A DNA stretch of 64,000 nt, taken from positions 15,376,001 to 15,440,000 of the forward strand of contig JBHGNT010000008.1 in the NCBI GenBank assembly GCA_043228905.1, read 5' to 3'. A program made the position numbers and the translations under genes. Source of the DNA: Azolla caroliniana. Lineage: Eukaryota > Plantae > Polypodiophyta. The notes beneath the pieces are model-generated. The model saw only the letters and a list, made by a program, of their open reading frames with translations. It was not told the origin of the DNA and did not search any database. Each line of letters opens with the position of its first letter. The first letter of the stretch is position 1. Shown one piece after another: positions 46,247 through 60,100 of this stretch.

Positions 46247-49221
46247 TCAATCCTCGTCCAAAATGTCCAGAGTGCTCTGATCGAGGGGCTCTAAGGGTTC
46301 TTCGGAAGGCTGATCGGACTGTTGTTACTTCTCCTCTTGTTGTTGCTCCATTGGCTGTGGTCGTTGCTCCGGCTGTTGTGCGATCGCCGGCTCTTCTGGG
46401 CGTTGCTCCTCCGATAGCTGCTATCCGGCTCTCGGTGTCGGCGGTTGTTGCGGACATTCCTCCCTTGGCTGCTCCTCCTGAGTTAAATATGGTTGGCTTG
46501 TCCCAGCCTAGCCTCTATCCGTCCTTTGCTTCGACGATGGCTCTTCATCACTGAGATTGATTGTTGTCGCGCTCTTCGTCGCCTCTTGCCGTAACCTCTC
46601 CTTTTCGTAACTTTCAAATCGGATTAGGTTATCCAGCCGATCATCGTCCAGTTGTGCCACTAGTTGCCGAACCACTGCTATCTGTTCATCATCCAATGCT
46701 ACGAAGTCATCTGCCAATTCATCTTTCTCGGCAGCAAAGTATTCCTTGTCCAGCTTATAGAACTCGTCTCCTTCCCTTTGCCGGTAGCTCAACAATTGTA
46801 ACTCGGCAGCATGCTTCGCCCATTTCGACCGCCATAATACTGAGTTGTCTTCAATCAAGCGCTTCGTTCGATTCTTCCATGCTTGTACAATGCACCAGAT
46901 CCGCTCTAGCCCCATCTTTGATTTGTCTTCTGTGGCCTGTCGTTCATCTTTCAACTGTTTGATCAGGTTTGCAGTTACCACCTCCTAGTCCTTGTAGCGC
47001 ACCAGTTGATTTTGATAGGTTGTCTGCGCTCTTTGTAAGATCATGGTGGTGCGTTCCATTTCCGCATGATATTGCATCTGGAGTTCCAGGCGTTCCTGTG
47101 CCGCTTCAGCTCGTATGCTTGCCTTCTTAGCCCATTCTTCCGTTAGTGCCGACTCCGCCTGTTGCACTTCATTCCGGAGCTCGAACATCTTCTATTGATG
47201 CCGGTCGCTGTCAGTGATGAGCTTCTTGTATTCCGTCTCGACATGTTTATAATCCCGGTGCAAGCGGTCAAAATCTTCTATTTTCTACTTCAGCTTCTGA
47301 TTGATTTGACGGCGAGCTCGGTCTTCCCTATCCTTTTGCTGCCAAAGCTCTTCTTTGAGCCTCTCTATCTCTGTTTCCCCCATCCTTCGGAGTTTATCCT
47401 TCTCCTGCAACAATTTTCTTCCTCTTCCTTAAGCCGGTCATGGGCTTGGTGTCCCTTCCGTAGGCTTTCTTCTGCTCGGTGGAGGTTGTCGGCAGTCTTC
47501 CATTATTCCTCCTCCACCACCATGTTTAATTCTCTTTCCCTGGCCCGTAATGCTTCCTGTGCGGCCAGGTCTTCTTTGAGAACGACAAGCTCTTGTGCTT
47601 GCGTTGTAATCGTATCCGGGACTTTTTCTGTCACTGGGGTTGTATTATTATGTACAGTTGTCGGTGTTTCATTATTCTGTACATGTACCGAAGCCACCGG
47701 TTCTTGTTCCTGGGGTCCTGTTATGACCATCTTAGCTAATTCTTCCTTGGCTATTTCCAATTCTTGTTCCAAGCTCCGGATCCTTGATCGGGCCTTCTCT
47801 AGTTCTCCGGTTGTGGCTAGCAACCGGTCCAATTGTGTTCTCTCTTCTGCCTCCATATAATGGACCACTCCGGCTACTTGCTCACCGATCCACCGCAGCC
47901 ATTGGCTGCCGATGCCTTGTTGTTGTGCCTTGTTGGCCGATTTCTGCGCTTGCTAGTGGCTGATCTTGTTTGGTTACGTCGATTGGCAACTCTGACTCTA
48001 GTTGGTTACCACTTGGCAGTTCCGGTTCTGGTTGGTCCTGGTGTGCCGGTGATGTAGAAAACTGAATCACCGGCTCTTGAATCACGGGTTTTGTTATGTC
48101 CAGACCCGCGGGCGTAGCCTGTTGCGCAGGGAGTTCTGTGACTGGTTCTGTTCAAACCGGTTCCGATTCCACCCTTGGCTTTGGGCCCTCAGTGTGGGGT
48201 ATCGGCATCCTATCCTTCTGTGGACCCGATTGCTCCCCGGCATGGTCTGTAGTGCGCTTCTTCTGGCACCGCTGGAGGTGCTCGCTAGGCTCCTCCTGAG
48301 TCCCAAGATTGATTTTCATTGCCAAGGTATCTGGCTCCTGTTGACCTGGTCAGCGCAATGTAATCTTTATTGGTCGTGCCGGTGTTTCCTCCTCCGTCTC
48401 CGCCTGGTTAGGCCGCTCTTTCACCGTTTTTGCAGTGTCAGCCTCCTTCCCTTTGGTTGCCTTAGCAGCCAATAGTTGCTGCCGTTTTGAAGCCATTTTG
48501 GAGGTTCCTTTGGTTGATCTCCCCCGCTTCTTCGCCTTGATTGGCTCCACTGGTGGTGCTAATAATGTGAGCCATTGCGCCATCGCCGTCCATATTTTCC
48601 TGCCATCCTTCCCTCTTACTGAGTCAATGGCTGCACACAGTCCATTGGCAATCAGCACCGACCAGTCCACCTGTATACCCTCATATGTGGCTATAATTAA
48701 ACTGGCTCTGTTCTAGGCATTGCCGAGGATCGAGGGTACACATGGCCAAACTCGTGGAGTACATGAGCAATCTCTCGGAATAAGCCATCCTCGCCGCCCA
48801 GCGTGCGATATGCCTTGCTGGCCAGAGAGTACTCACCGAAGTATTTCGTGAGCTGCTCCGGGGTAGGGTTATCGATGGTGAAGATGCCGCCTTTGGGTAG
48901 GCCCGTCAGGCCACGGATGGCCTCCTCTGTGATTACTTCTGTGTCGATGTCTTTGACAACCTTTTTCGCTTCTCTGTGTGGTGTTGCCTCCATGATCCTC
49001 AAGAATCCCTCCAATCCGTATTGCTTCAACCACTTCTTGGCTACCTCAGAGAGCGCCATGCAGTCCATTTCTTCTTTTGAGTCGGTGGTTGCTAGTGAGG
49101 TAGGTGCGTTAGTGGGCTCTAGGTGCTCGCGTCTGATTATCCTTAATCGCCTGTGTGCGTTTGCAATTCTCTGTTCGCAAAATGAGAAGGCCTCCATGCA
49201 GTGGAGGTTTTCTTTCTGCAT
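46247..49221 (-). pseudogene. Extra 3' ORF of G, with stops and frameshifts
   Basis: ORF pieces 48697-49221, 48350-48670, 47503-47868, 46985-47188 and 46508-46981 are collinear with F 31292-34268. Confidence 0.75.
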
Positions 49222-52200
49222 GTTGGTGTCTTTCTCGATTCCTGCACATGCGCACGTCGTGTACTATAATAGCAATGAAGTGCCACGTGGAGGCGTTTTA
49301 ATGCGCTATAAATAACCCACTCCGTGGCTTTTCAAAAGTGTCTGTTCACTCCTTGTCATTGCATGTGGCCGTTCGCTCCTCGCCATCGCATGATTTGGGT
49401 TTGATTTGATCCGATTCGATTTCCTTTCTTTTTCTTTTTCTTTTTTGTAATTTTTTTTAATTTTTAAAATTCGATCTTGTTAATCCGTATCCGGCCCAAA
49501 CGGACCCTTCTCCGGATTGTGGTCCCTTTCACCGGTTCCGTACTTGTCGATTGCTTGACCGGTTGTCGTCTCGTCGTGCTTACCGGTGTCCGGTTCGGTG
49601 TCCGCCTTTGTCTGTTCAAATGGGTTTCTTGACATGGGTCCATGGTATGGTTTGAGTCGAAACCCATTGACCCATTTACCCATAACTTCTCTGGCGAGTG
49701 TCCCTAGTTGGTAGGAACCGTTGAACTCTCGTGTAATCCAAAATGGTCTGGTCCACCGAAACCGTAGCTTCCCCGGCATCTTACCCATCTGAGTTTGGAA
49801 TACAAGTACCGGCTTGCCGATCGCAAACATTTTTTCGTTACCTTTTAGGTGTCGATCAACGAACACTTTCCTTCTCCGTTGCTCCAGTTCCATGTGCATC
49901 AGGCTGTGTTGAGCGGCAAGCTCAACTGGATCCGGATCGGCTGAATAAGCTTGAGCCGGTGAGCTGGGGAGCTGGTTAACTAGATCAAGCAATAACCGGA
50001 AGCCAAGTAGCAGCTAGTCTACTAGGGAGTTAATATCTCGTAGATAGTGTCAGACGCTCGTGTGAGCATTGAAGTACACCGTACTTCTGTCAGTCCGGAT
50101 GCACTTGTATAAAAGTGCTCACTGAACACATACGATGTACAGTCTGAGTAGTATTTTTTGAATTGAGTTTTTGTGTGCTCTCTCTCTGTCTCTCCCGCGT
50201 ACTGTTAAGCTCTCCATTAAACCTATTTTCTGCTTTCTATTTTTTATTGCTTCCGCACGCTATTTTTTTCTACATGGTATCAAAGCGCAAGGGTTGAGAA
50301 CCTCTGCAACCGACATTCGCTTTCGCAAGAAGAAAACCTAACCTTTGTAAAGAACAAAAAAATAAATAAATGGATAGAGGAATGGCTAGCTCGCTCCTGA
50401 TGGAGAAGCTCGATAGATTCAACTATGCATCTTGGTCATACAAGATGCACCAGTACCTGCTTGGGCATGGTTAATGGAGCTATGTCAACGGAGCTAACAA
50501 CACACCACCTGATGCGGCACACAAGGACTTCCCGGTGTGGGAACAATCGGCAAGCATATGCCAAGACGCCGAAAGAGGCTTGGGGAAACCTGAAGAAGGT
50601 GTTCACCGCAAGCACTACAGCCCAGAAGCTGCAACTCCAACAGGAGTTGAGCAATGTCCAACAGAAGGACATGTCGGTGGCTGATTACATGGCCCGAATC
50701 AAAGAGATCTGTGACTCGCTTGCCTCTATCAACGTCACAGTAGAGGAAGACGAGATGGTATAGGTATGCCTTGGGGGCCTGGCATCTAAGTTCCGAGCTT
50801 TCCGGACCGCAATATGTACGAGGGAGAATACACCGTCATTTTTCGACTTACAGTCGATGCTCCTTGTAGAGGAGAACCACGCCGGTGCATCAACAAGTGC
50901 ACCCACCAATAGTCCGATGTTGTACACGGAGGCGGATTGGCCCCGTGGGTGTGATGGACGAGGCGGGTCGGCACGCAATGGAGGCGGCCGGCAAGGGCAA
51001 GACCGACGGCACAGAGACCGTGCCGACAACAGTTCCGGGACCTCCACAACCAGGGGGAGTCAAGGTGGCACCAAAGGCCGGAAAGACAAATCCGCCACGG
51101 AATGCTGCTACTGTGGCAAAAAGGGCCACAGAGAAAGCGAGTGATGGAAGAAGTGCGCCGATTCAGATAGATCTGGATTCGGCAAAACCGGTCAGGAGAA
51201 CCGGCAAAGCTCACACTACGTGCAAGGATCGAAAGGATCCGGAATCGGGAAGACTGGTAAGGGGCTAGCCTTGGTGATGAAGCACGAGGCAAATTCGATG
51301 AAGAAGACCACTTCCAAATCGGAGGAAGTGTGGTACGTTGATTCTGGTGCATCAAATCACATGACGAACCACAAAGAGTGGTTCTCCTTCCTGGAGAAAC
51401 AGAACAACCGGGAGTTGTCGAAACCGGAGACGACACTCCTCACCCAATCGTGCATATCGGTGAAGTCCCTTTGAGCCACGTCGGACAGAGGGGGAAGCTG
51501 ATGAGCGTATTACACGTTCCGACTATCACAAAGAACCTAGTGTCGGTCGGACAGATCGTCGACCAAGGAATGCAGGTGCGGTTTACGCACCTCGAGTGCT
51601 TCATCCAAGATGAGGGCTAGATTATTGCGCAAGGGCACAAAGACGGGAGGATGTTCATCCTCGTCACCAATGACGTCGGCACCGTTTTGTTTGCCAAAGG
51701 ACAGAAGATTGAATCGGACATCGATCTCTAACACAAGCGGATCTGCCACGTCAACTACCGGAGGCTTCAAGACATGCAAACAAAACAAGTTGTTCTCGGT
51801 TTGCCGAAGTTCAGTGCCTGGAAGGCCCAAGTATGTGAAGCCTGCCAACTTGGGAAGCAACACCGGCTTCCATTCCCCACCGAACGAAACCGTAGCCGTA
51901 ACAAGCTCGACCTTATTCATTCGGATGTATGGGGACCGGCAGAGAACGTGAGTCTTGGTGGGAGTCGATACTTCGTCTCCTTCATCGACGACTATAGCCG
52001 GCACACATGGATCTACCTCATTGAGCGGAAGAGCGAAGTCTTCGACTGTTTCCGGAACCTCCAAAGCATGGTGGAATGGGAATCAAAGAGGAAGATCAAG
52101 TGCCTGCGGTCAGATGGCGGAAAAGAATATTTTTCCGGCCAATTCAACAGTTATCTGCAGCAAACATGAATTCGGAGAGAGTTCAGCTACAGATACACAC

Positions 52201-52414
52201 CGGAGCAAAAATGGGAAAGGAAGATCTGGTCGTTTGTCGACGCCCCAAGTGCAATGTTGGAAGAGAAGACCATGCCCCATTTCTACTGGGCGAAGGCGGT
52301 CCGGACGACCGTCTACATCCAAAACCGGATCGGTGACAAGGTGTCCGTGCATGAGCTATATTTCGGGCGCAAGCCGAATTTGAGACACCTTCAGATTTTT
52401 GGCAATATAACATA

Positions 52415-53633
52415 CAGTAGACATTCGGTTAAGTGTGCACTTTGAACGCAAGGAAGAAGTGCGCACTTAAGGGTTTTCTGAAACATTTTAGGGTTTTTTG
52501 GAAATTTTTAGGGTTTTTTGAAATATTTTCCTTTTGTATGCTAATCATACAATTCTTGATAAGAAAAGTGATAAATTTATGTGATAAATTGACCTAAAAT
52601 ATTTCTAGTTCCACCATACATACTCTTTAATTTCTTTCTCACAAACATTTTAGGGTTTTTTGGAAATTTTTAGGGTTTTTTGAAATATTTTTCCTTCTGT
52701 ATGCTAATCATACAATTCTTGACAAGAAAAGTGATTCTTGACAAGAAAAGTGATCAATTTACGTGTTAAATTGACCTAAAATGTTTCTAGTTTCACCATA
52801 CACACTCTTCAATTTCTTTCTCGATTCTAGATTGCCTTCAGTATTTGTCTTTTTGCTACATCTGAGAAATACATCCATTATGCAACAAACCTAATGAGCT
52901 TCCTTGAATGCATCATGTGATGGGATTTTTTCTTGCGTTTTCTTCCTAGTGGCGGAAGGTTTGAGGAATTGAAGTACAGATGGAGGAGACAAGAAAAGAG
53001 AGGGGGGGAGCAACAGATAAATCATCGACTACAACTTTTGTCATCTAAACAAGATGCACAGAAAGAGAGAGGGACGGAGAGAGGCTTTCTTCATGCAAGA
53101 AAAGAGCACACACAGAAAGAGAAGGAGAACAAATGGATATGTTGCACATGGAGAAGGAGAGCTCACGTTCATGGCCAATTGCTACAAAACTTGACTATTC
53201 ACGATCATCAAGATTTGTTTTCCATTCTTTGCTTATGTTCTTTAATCAAGAATCAAAATCATAGACAGGTAATCGTAACACGCACACGCACAAACACACA
53301 CACATGTAGAACACATGACACACATGACACACCCACAGAAACTCCTTTCGTTGTTTTCTTAATGTTTGGACTCGCTCTCGTTACCATAGCACTTCTTGGT
53401 TCCTGTGTGACTAAACTTGTGGGATGGCCTTGTAATCGTAAACACACATAGACATACCCACAGAAGCTCCTTTCGTTGTTTTTTGAATGTTTGGAACATA
53501 GTTTTAACTTGGTTTGATGTAATTTCATCATGAAACAATGTAATTTTTTTGATCTGGATTTTGACCACTATAAAAAGCGCACTTAATAGAATGGTGCACT
53601 TATGTGGGCACGTACTTAACCGAATGTCTACTG
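52415..53633. mobile_element. Non-autonomous Tc1/mariner (pogo-like) DNA transposon / MITE, 1219 bp
   Basis: Perfect 20-bp TIR CAGTAGACATTCGGTTAAGT, TA TSD (52413-52414 / 53634-53635); removal restores FGNITYVHVPDEK of Copia I. No transposase. Confidence 0.92.
52481..52821. repeat. Internal two-copy direct repeat (about 160-180 bp) in the MITE
   Basis: AAACATTTTAGGG..TTTCTTTCTC at about 52481-52640 and 52643-52821. Confidence 0.85.
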
Positions 53634-56600
53634 TATGTGCATGTGCCGGATGAGAAGCGGAGGAAGCTAGATGCAAAATTGGAGAAGTGCATCCTCGTCG
53701 GCTACTCACATGAGCAAAAGGGGTATAAGTGTTATAACCCCCGGACGAAGCAGGTCTGAGTTAGCCACGATGTTGAGTTTGATGAGATGGCATCATGGTA
53801 CGCCTTACCGGCTCAAACTTCCGACCCCGACCCGACATCGGAGGATGAGGCTAGTGAGCCTGAACCGGACTAGATAGAAGATGATGAATCCAGGACTCAA
53901 GAAGAGAGTCCGAAATCGTTTCGGTTGAGTGGGCGGAACGAGAGACTGGGTCAATCCGACTAGTCAGAAGAGGAACCGGCGAGTAGTGAAAACTCGGTTG
54001 TGCTCTCCTCGCGCAAGAAACCGAGGAGACGGTTCACACGCAAAGAGAAGGGGAAGAAGAAGATGCCGAATTATGAAACCGGTAATGATGAGTCCGATCA
54101 GAGCGGATCCGACTCTAGAAAGGAAAATGACGGCTCTTCGGCACCGAAGACCGAACCAGCCAAAAAGGGCCTCAAACCGGGTAACGGTGGGTTACGCCGG
54201 TCAACTCGCCAGAAGGAACCTGTTAAGCGGTACGAGTACAATGAGTACATGGCGCATCACTATGCGTACATGACCCAGGTGGCGGAAGTGCATGAGCCGG
54301 AGAGCTACGCAGAAGTGGCAAGGGATGCAAATTGGCGTGTCGCTATGGAGGAAGAGATGCAGGCACTTGATGCCAACGATACATGGGACTTGGTTGACCC
54401 CCCCTGTCACAGTAAATCGATCGGATGCAAGTGGGTGTACAAGGTAAAGTACAACGTCGACGGTTCAGTTAACCGGTACAAGGCCCGGTTAGTGGCAAAG
54501 GGATACGCACAGAACCACGGAATCGACTACGACGAGACCTTCGCTCCGGTAGCGAAGATGACAACGGTTCGTGTGGTGCTGGCGGTAGCTGCGGCAAGGG
54601 AGTAGCATCTTCACCAGATGGACGTGAAGAATGCATTTCTTCAAGGCGATCTAGAAGAAGAGGTCTTTATGACCCAACCTCCCGGTTTTTAGTCGAAGAT
54701 GAAAAAGTCAGTTGTATGCCAGCTGCCTGAAGCAAGCCCCCCGAGCTTGGAATGCAAAGATTACGCACCAGTTGCGTAAGTTGGGGTTTGCGGCCTCCAA
54801 GTTCGACTGTTCATTGTTCATCCGTCAAGGTCCGGATGGTCTGGTTTGCATCTTACTATATGTTGATGATCTAGTCATCACCGGACCCGGACTCGATGAA
54901 ATCAGCCAAGTTAAGTCCCAGCTGTCGGACGCATTTGAGATGAAGGACCTAGGGGACCTTCACTATTTCCTTGGGATCGAGGTAATCCGAACCCCCGATG
55001 GCATATTGCTCTCACAGAGACACTATGTGTTGAATATGCTGTACAAGTTCGGCATGATGGAATGCCACCCTTGGTGGTGCAGCTATTGCGTGGAGCAACA
55101 AAAAGCAGCCAACAGTGGCTCTGTTGAGCACTGAGGCTAAATATCGGGGCGCTACCGTTGCCACCTATTAAGCCATTTGGCTTCAGCGACTGCTGCAAGA
55201 CCTGCGGATCGAGGTGCCGACCCCAATCCTGATCTACTGCGACAACATAAGCAGCATGCAACTCGCCAAGAACCCCGTCTTCCATGCTCACACAAAGCAC
55301 ATCGAAGTGCACTACCACTGCGTGAGCGTGTCCTGAGTTGTGAAGTCGAACTTCAGTATGTTTATACAAATTGGAAAGTTGTCGACATCTTCACCAAACC
55401 GCTCAGATTGGACAAGTTGCAGCACTTCACCGAAATTCTTGGTGTTCAGCATCTCGACGTGCCACACTTGAGGGGGAGAATGGGCAAAGACACCACCGGA
55501 ACAGGCAAAGGCAAAAAGACTGTTGATTGCGCCGGTGGGGGAAGAACCGACAAGGGGAGAGACAGGAAGAAGAAAGGATCTGAGTCGACAAAGGAAGTTG
55601 ACACATCCGAACAAGTTGGAACAAGTGGCAGCGGAGGCAGAGTCAAGAAGACAGAGCCGACCGAAAGAAGAAGGCCAAGACCTGGACATGGTTGGATGTG
55701 GTGAAGGGCCTGGAACCAGAATACGAAACGGGAGCAACCGATTCGGACAAGAGCTGGAACAAATCAGAGACAACCGATTAGGTTCTACAGAAGGATTCGG
55801 AAGAACCGGATCAATTCAAGGCCAAGAGGACAAGAAGGCAGCAAAAGTTGATGCCAACACGAAGGTATCGGCGAATCGGCAAAAGCCAAAGTCACAATAG
55901 CGAGGGAGCTGAATTGGGCATGTTGAGCAGACAAGTTGACCAAAGAAGTCGAGGTGCGCAGGAACAAAAGGGTTGCGGCAAACGGGATCGGACCGGACGA
56001 GGAGCGCGAACGAGGCGGAGTGACGCCAGAAGGAGCCAGGTGGAAGGACCAACTGCCATAGAGACTAACACTACGATCTGACGTCAAATTGAGCTTGAGG
56101 GGGAGTGTTGAGCAACAAGCTCAACCGGATCCGGATTGGCTGAATAAGCCTGAGCCGATGAACAAGTGAGCGGGTGAGCTGGGGAGCCAGTTAACTGGAT
56201 CAAGCAATAACCGGAAGCCAAGTAGCAGCTAGTCCACTAGGGAGTTAATATCTCGTTGATAGTGTCAGACGCTCGTGTGAGCATTGAAGTACACCGTACT
56301 TCTGTTAGTCCGGATGGACTTGTATAAAAGTGTTCACTGAACACATACGATGTACAGACTGAGTAGTATTTTTTGAATTGAGTTTCTGTGTGCTCTCTCT
56401 CTGTCTCTCCCACGTATTGTTAAGCTCTCCATTAAACCTGTTTTATGCTTTCTGTTTTCTATTGCTTTTGCACGCTATTTATTTCTACAAGCTGGCTATC
56501 CGGTGTTCCTCTAGTTCTCATAGTGCTACTAGCTAGATTGTTTCCGACTCCTTCTCGTTTAGGCGTTCCCGAACCTGTAATCGCAAACTGGGAACCTAGA

Positions 56601-57162
56601 ATTTGATCGGCATTACCGCTTCCAATCTGAACGCAAACCAGAAATGCGTTGTTCGGATACTTGTCTTATATGATGTCCGGTAGGCCCAGAGTGCACTGTG
56701 TAGTTTTGTATCCCAATCCGTCCTGTTCTCATTGACGATTTTCCGCAGGATGTTTTGTAGCGTCTTATTTGTGGATTCGGCTAATCTGTTCGCTTGCGGG
56801 TAATACAGAGTGCTTCGCTTGTGCACCACCACATAGAATGTCGTCAAGCTCTCCACCACTTGTACTAGGAAATGCCCACCTTGGTCGCTAATTAGCTCGA
56901 TCGGACGTCCATACTAGCACCAGATATATTCACGTGGATGCCGCGGTTTTGTCACGTAGTGCTTTGGCCTCCACCCACTTGGTGCAGTAGTCTGTAGTGA
57001 CAATCACATATCGGTTGCTGGTTCTCATTGTTGGTGGTTTAAATGGGCGGACGAAGTCCAGCCCCCATTTCTGAAATGGTTCCAATGGTAGCATCGGTTG
57101 GTGAGGCATTCTTGCCTGTTCCGTTGGTTGGCCCATCCACTGACATAAATCACATTCTTTAG

Positions 57163-60100
57163 TGTTGAGAGACAAGCTCAACATCGGCCGGATCGGCTGA
57201 AGAAGCCGAGGACCGGAGCGGTTGGGACCGATCGGTTAGGCCGAATGCGTAAACCGGTACGCAGACCGGTGCATAGGTAGGGCCGGATCGATGCATAAAC
57301 CAGGAGGCCGTTAGGAAAGATATTCCGTGAGGAATATATTTGGGAGTTAGTGTAGGAGCTCTTAATGAGCATTGAAGTACTGTTAGTACTTCTGTCAGTC
57401 CTTCTCGGACTTGTATAAAAGTGTTCATTGAACACACATATGTATAGAGGATGGTGAATAGAGATTGTGTGCCTTTTTTTTAATATAGTTCTTGTTTTCC
57501 TCTCTCACTCTCTCTGTCTCTCCCGCATATATTGCGTAAGCTCAAGCTCTCCATTAAACCTGAGTTTTCTTCCTTCTGTTCGGTCTTCATACTTGCTTCC
57601 GCATGTTACTTTTTACATGGTATCAGAGCGCGAGGGTTGAGAACCTCTCTGCAGCCGACACAGCTTGACGAAGAAGAACAAGAAGAACGATGGATAGAGG
57701 CATGGTGAGCTCACTTCCAACAGAGAAGCTCGACAGAACCAACTACGCATCTTGGTCCTACAAGATGCACCAATACCTGCTCGGGCACGGCTACTGGAGT
57801 TATGTTGAAGGAGCTAATGACGCGGCACCCGAATCGACACACAGAGACTTCCCGTCGTGGGAGCAATCGGTGAGCAGGGTATTATACTGCTTCGCGTCGT
57901 CTGTGGGCGAACAGGTATTGAGCTATGTTCGGGATGCAAAGACGCCGAAGGGTGCGTGGGAAAATTTGAAGAAGATTTTCGCCATGAGCACCACAGCCAG
58001 GAAGCTTCAGCTCCGACAGGAGTTGAGCAACCGACGACAACGCAACTTGTCGGTGGCGGACTATACCTCGAAGATCAAGGATATCTGCGACTCCCTCGCC
58101 TCCATAGAGGTGAACATCGAGGAGAGCGAGATGGTCCAGATCTGTCTCGGAGGTTTGGCGTCGAAGTTCGGAGCGTTCCGAATGGCTGTGTGTACCCGGG
58201 AGAATACGCCGTCCTTTTTCGACTTACAGTATGCTCCTGGTAGAGGAGAACCACGCGGGTGCGTCGACGAGCACGCACACCGATAGCAAGATGTTGTACA
58301 CGGAGAGAGAAAGGCCCCGTGGTCGTGGCGGACGAGGCGAGTCGGTACGCAATGGAAGCGGCCGACGAGATCAAGGAAGAAGGCACCGAAGTGATGCCGA
58401 CAGCAACTCCGGACCCTCCGAAAACAGGGGGAGTCGAAGCGATGAGAATCGGCAAGGGAAGGCCATCGCGGAGTGTTGGTACTGTGGCAAGAAAGGCCAC
58501 AGGGAAAGTGAGCGCTGGAAGAAGCGCGCCGATTCGGCAGCGATCGCACTACGCCGAAGACTCCGGGAGAGCCGGAGAAGGGTTTGCCTTCGTGACGAGA
58601 CACGAAGCAAACTCAATGAAACGGACCACCCTGAGATCGGACGAGGTGTGGTACGTAGACTCCGGCGCGTCAAACCACATGACGACCCATAAGGAGTGGT
58701 TCTCGTACCTTGAAAAACCGATACAACCTTGAGTAGTTGCAACTGGAGACGACACTCCGCATCCGATCGCGAATGTCGGAGAAGTTCCCCTTAGCCATGT
58801 CGGGCAGAAAGGGAAACTCATGAACATGTTGCACGTTCCGACAATCACGAAGAACTTGGTCTCGGTCGGACAGATCGTCGACCAAGGGATGGAGGTTCGG
58901 TTTACACACCTCGGCTGCTTCATTGAGGAAGAAGGCCATGTGATTGGGCAAGGGCGCAGAGACGGGAGGATGTTCATCCTCGACTCCACTGACGGCGGCA
59001 CCGCAATGTTCGCGAAGGGACAAAAATCCGAGTCGGACATCGACTTGTGGCACAAGCGGATAGGCCACGTCAACTACCAACGGCTTCAAGATCTGCAATC
59101 GAAACAGGTAGTGTTCGGATTGCCCAATTTTAGTGGCCGAAAGGCACAAATTTGTGAAGCCTGCCAGCTCGGGAAGCAACACCGACTTCCTTTCCCCAAT
59201 GAGCGAAACCAGAGCCGGAACAAGCTCGACCTTATACACTCCGATGTATGGGGGCCGGCACAAAACGTTAGTCTTGGCGGGAGCCGATATTTCGTCTCCT
59301 TCATCGACGACCACACGCGGCACACGTGGATCTACCTCATTGAGAGGAAGAGCGAAGTCTTCGACTGTTTCCGGGACCTCAAAGGGTTCGTGGAAACGGA
59401 AATGGGACGAAAGATCAAGTGCCTGCGGTCGGATGGCGGGAAAGAGTACTTTTCTGGTCAATTCAACGGTTATCTACAACAAATGGGAATTCTGTGCGAA
59501 TTCAGTTGTAGATACACGCCGGAGCAGAACGGCGTGGCCGAGAGGAAGAATCGGTCAGTTGTGGAAGCGGCACGGGCAATGCTAGAGGAGAAGAGCTTGC
59601 CCAAGTTCTATTGGGCCTAGGCGGTAAGGACCGCGGTATACATCCAGAACCAGATCGGAGACAAAGTGTCGGCGCACAAGCTATATTTCGGAACGAAGCC
59701 GAACTTGCGACACTTGAGGGTGTTCGGTAGCATTGCGTATGTGCATGTACCGAAGGAGAAAAGGAGGAAGCTGGACGCAAAGGCCGAGAAATGCATCTTG
59801 GTCAGTTACTCGGACGAGCAGAAGGGCTATAAGTGTTATAACCCTCGCAACAAACAAGCGCGTGTTAGCCGTGACGTTGTGTTTGACGAGTCCGCGTCCT
59901 GGTACCAGCCCTCGACTCCGCACCCCGACTCCAATCCAAGCTCTGACGATGAGGTCAGCGAGGCCGAGATGCCTCCAGATGAGCCCGAAATCAAGACCCG
60001 CGAAGAGAGTCCGGTTTCACTCCGTTTAAGTGGACCGATTGGACAACTGAGTCGGTACGACCACTCCGATGAAGAGCCGACGAGTAGTGGAGACTCGGTC

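Larger units (their letters stand above)
50370..55704 (+). pseudogene. gag-pol: Copia I gag-pol, disrupted and split by a MITE
   Basis: VDSGASNH, HSDVWGP, SDGGKEY, YKARLVAKG and YVDD motifs; deletions in gag and between RT and RH relative to J. Confidence 0.87.
49907..56489 (+). mobile_element. Copia I (degenerate, same family as J)
   Basis: LTRs 49907-50274 and 56106-56489, TSD GGCTG/AGCTG, Met PBS at 50275, PPT 56097-56105; gag-pol has stops and internal deletions. Confidence 0.92.

Noticed and set aside
52470-52680. TTTAGGG motifs as interstitial telomere
   Set aside because: Only scattered single units within the MITE's internal repeat, not a tandem array.
52933-53451. 172-aa ORF inside the MITE as a transposase or host gene
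   Set aside because: Non-ATG start, low complexity, no HTH or DDE motif.
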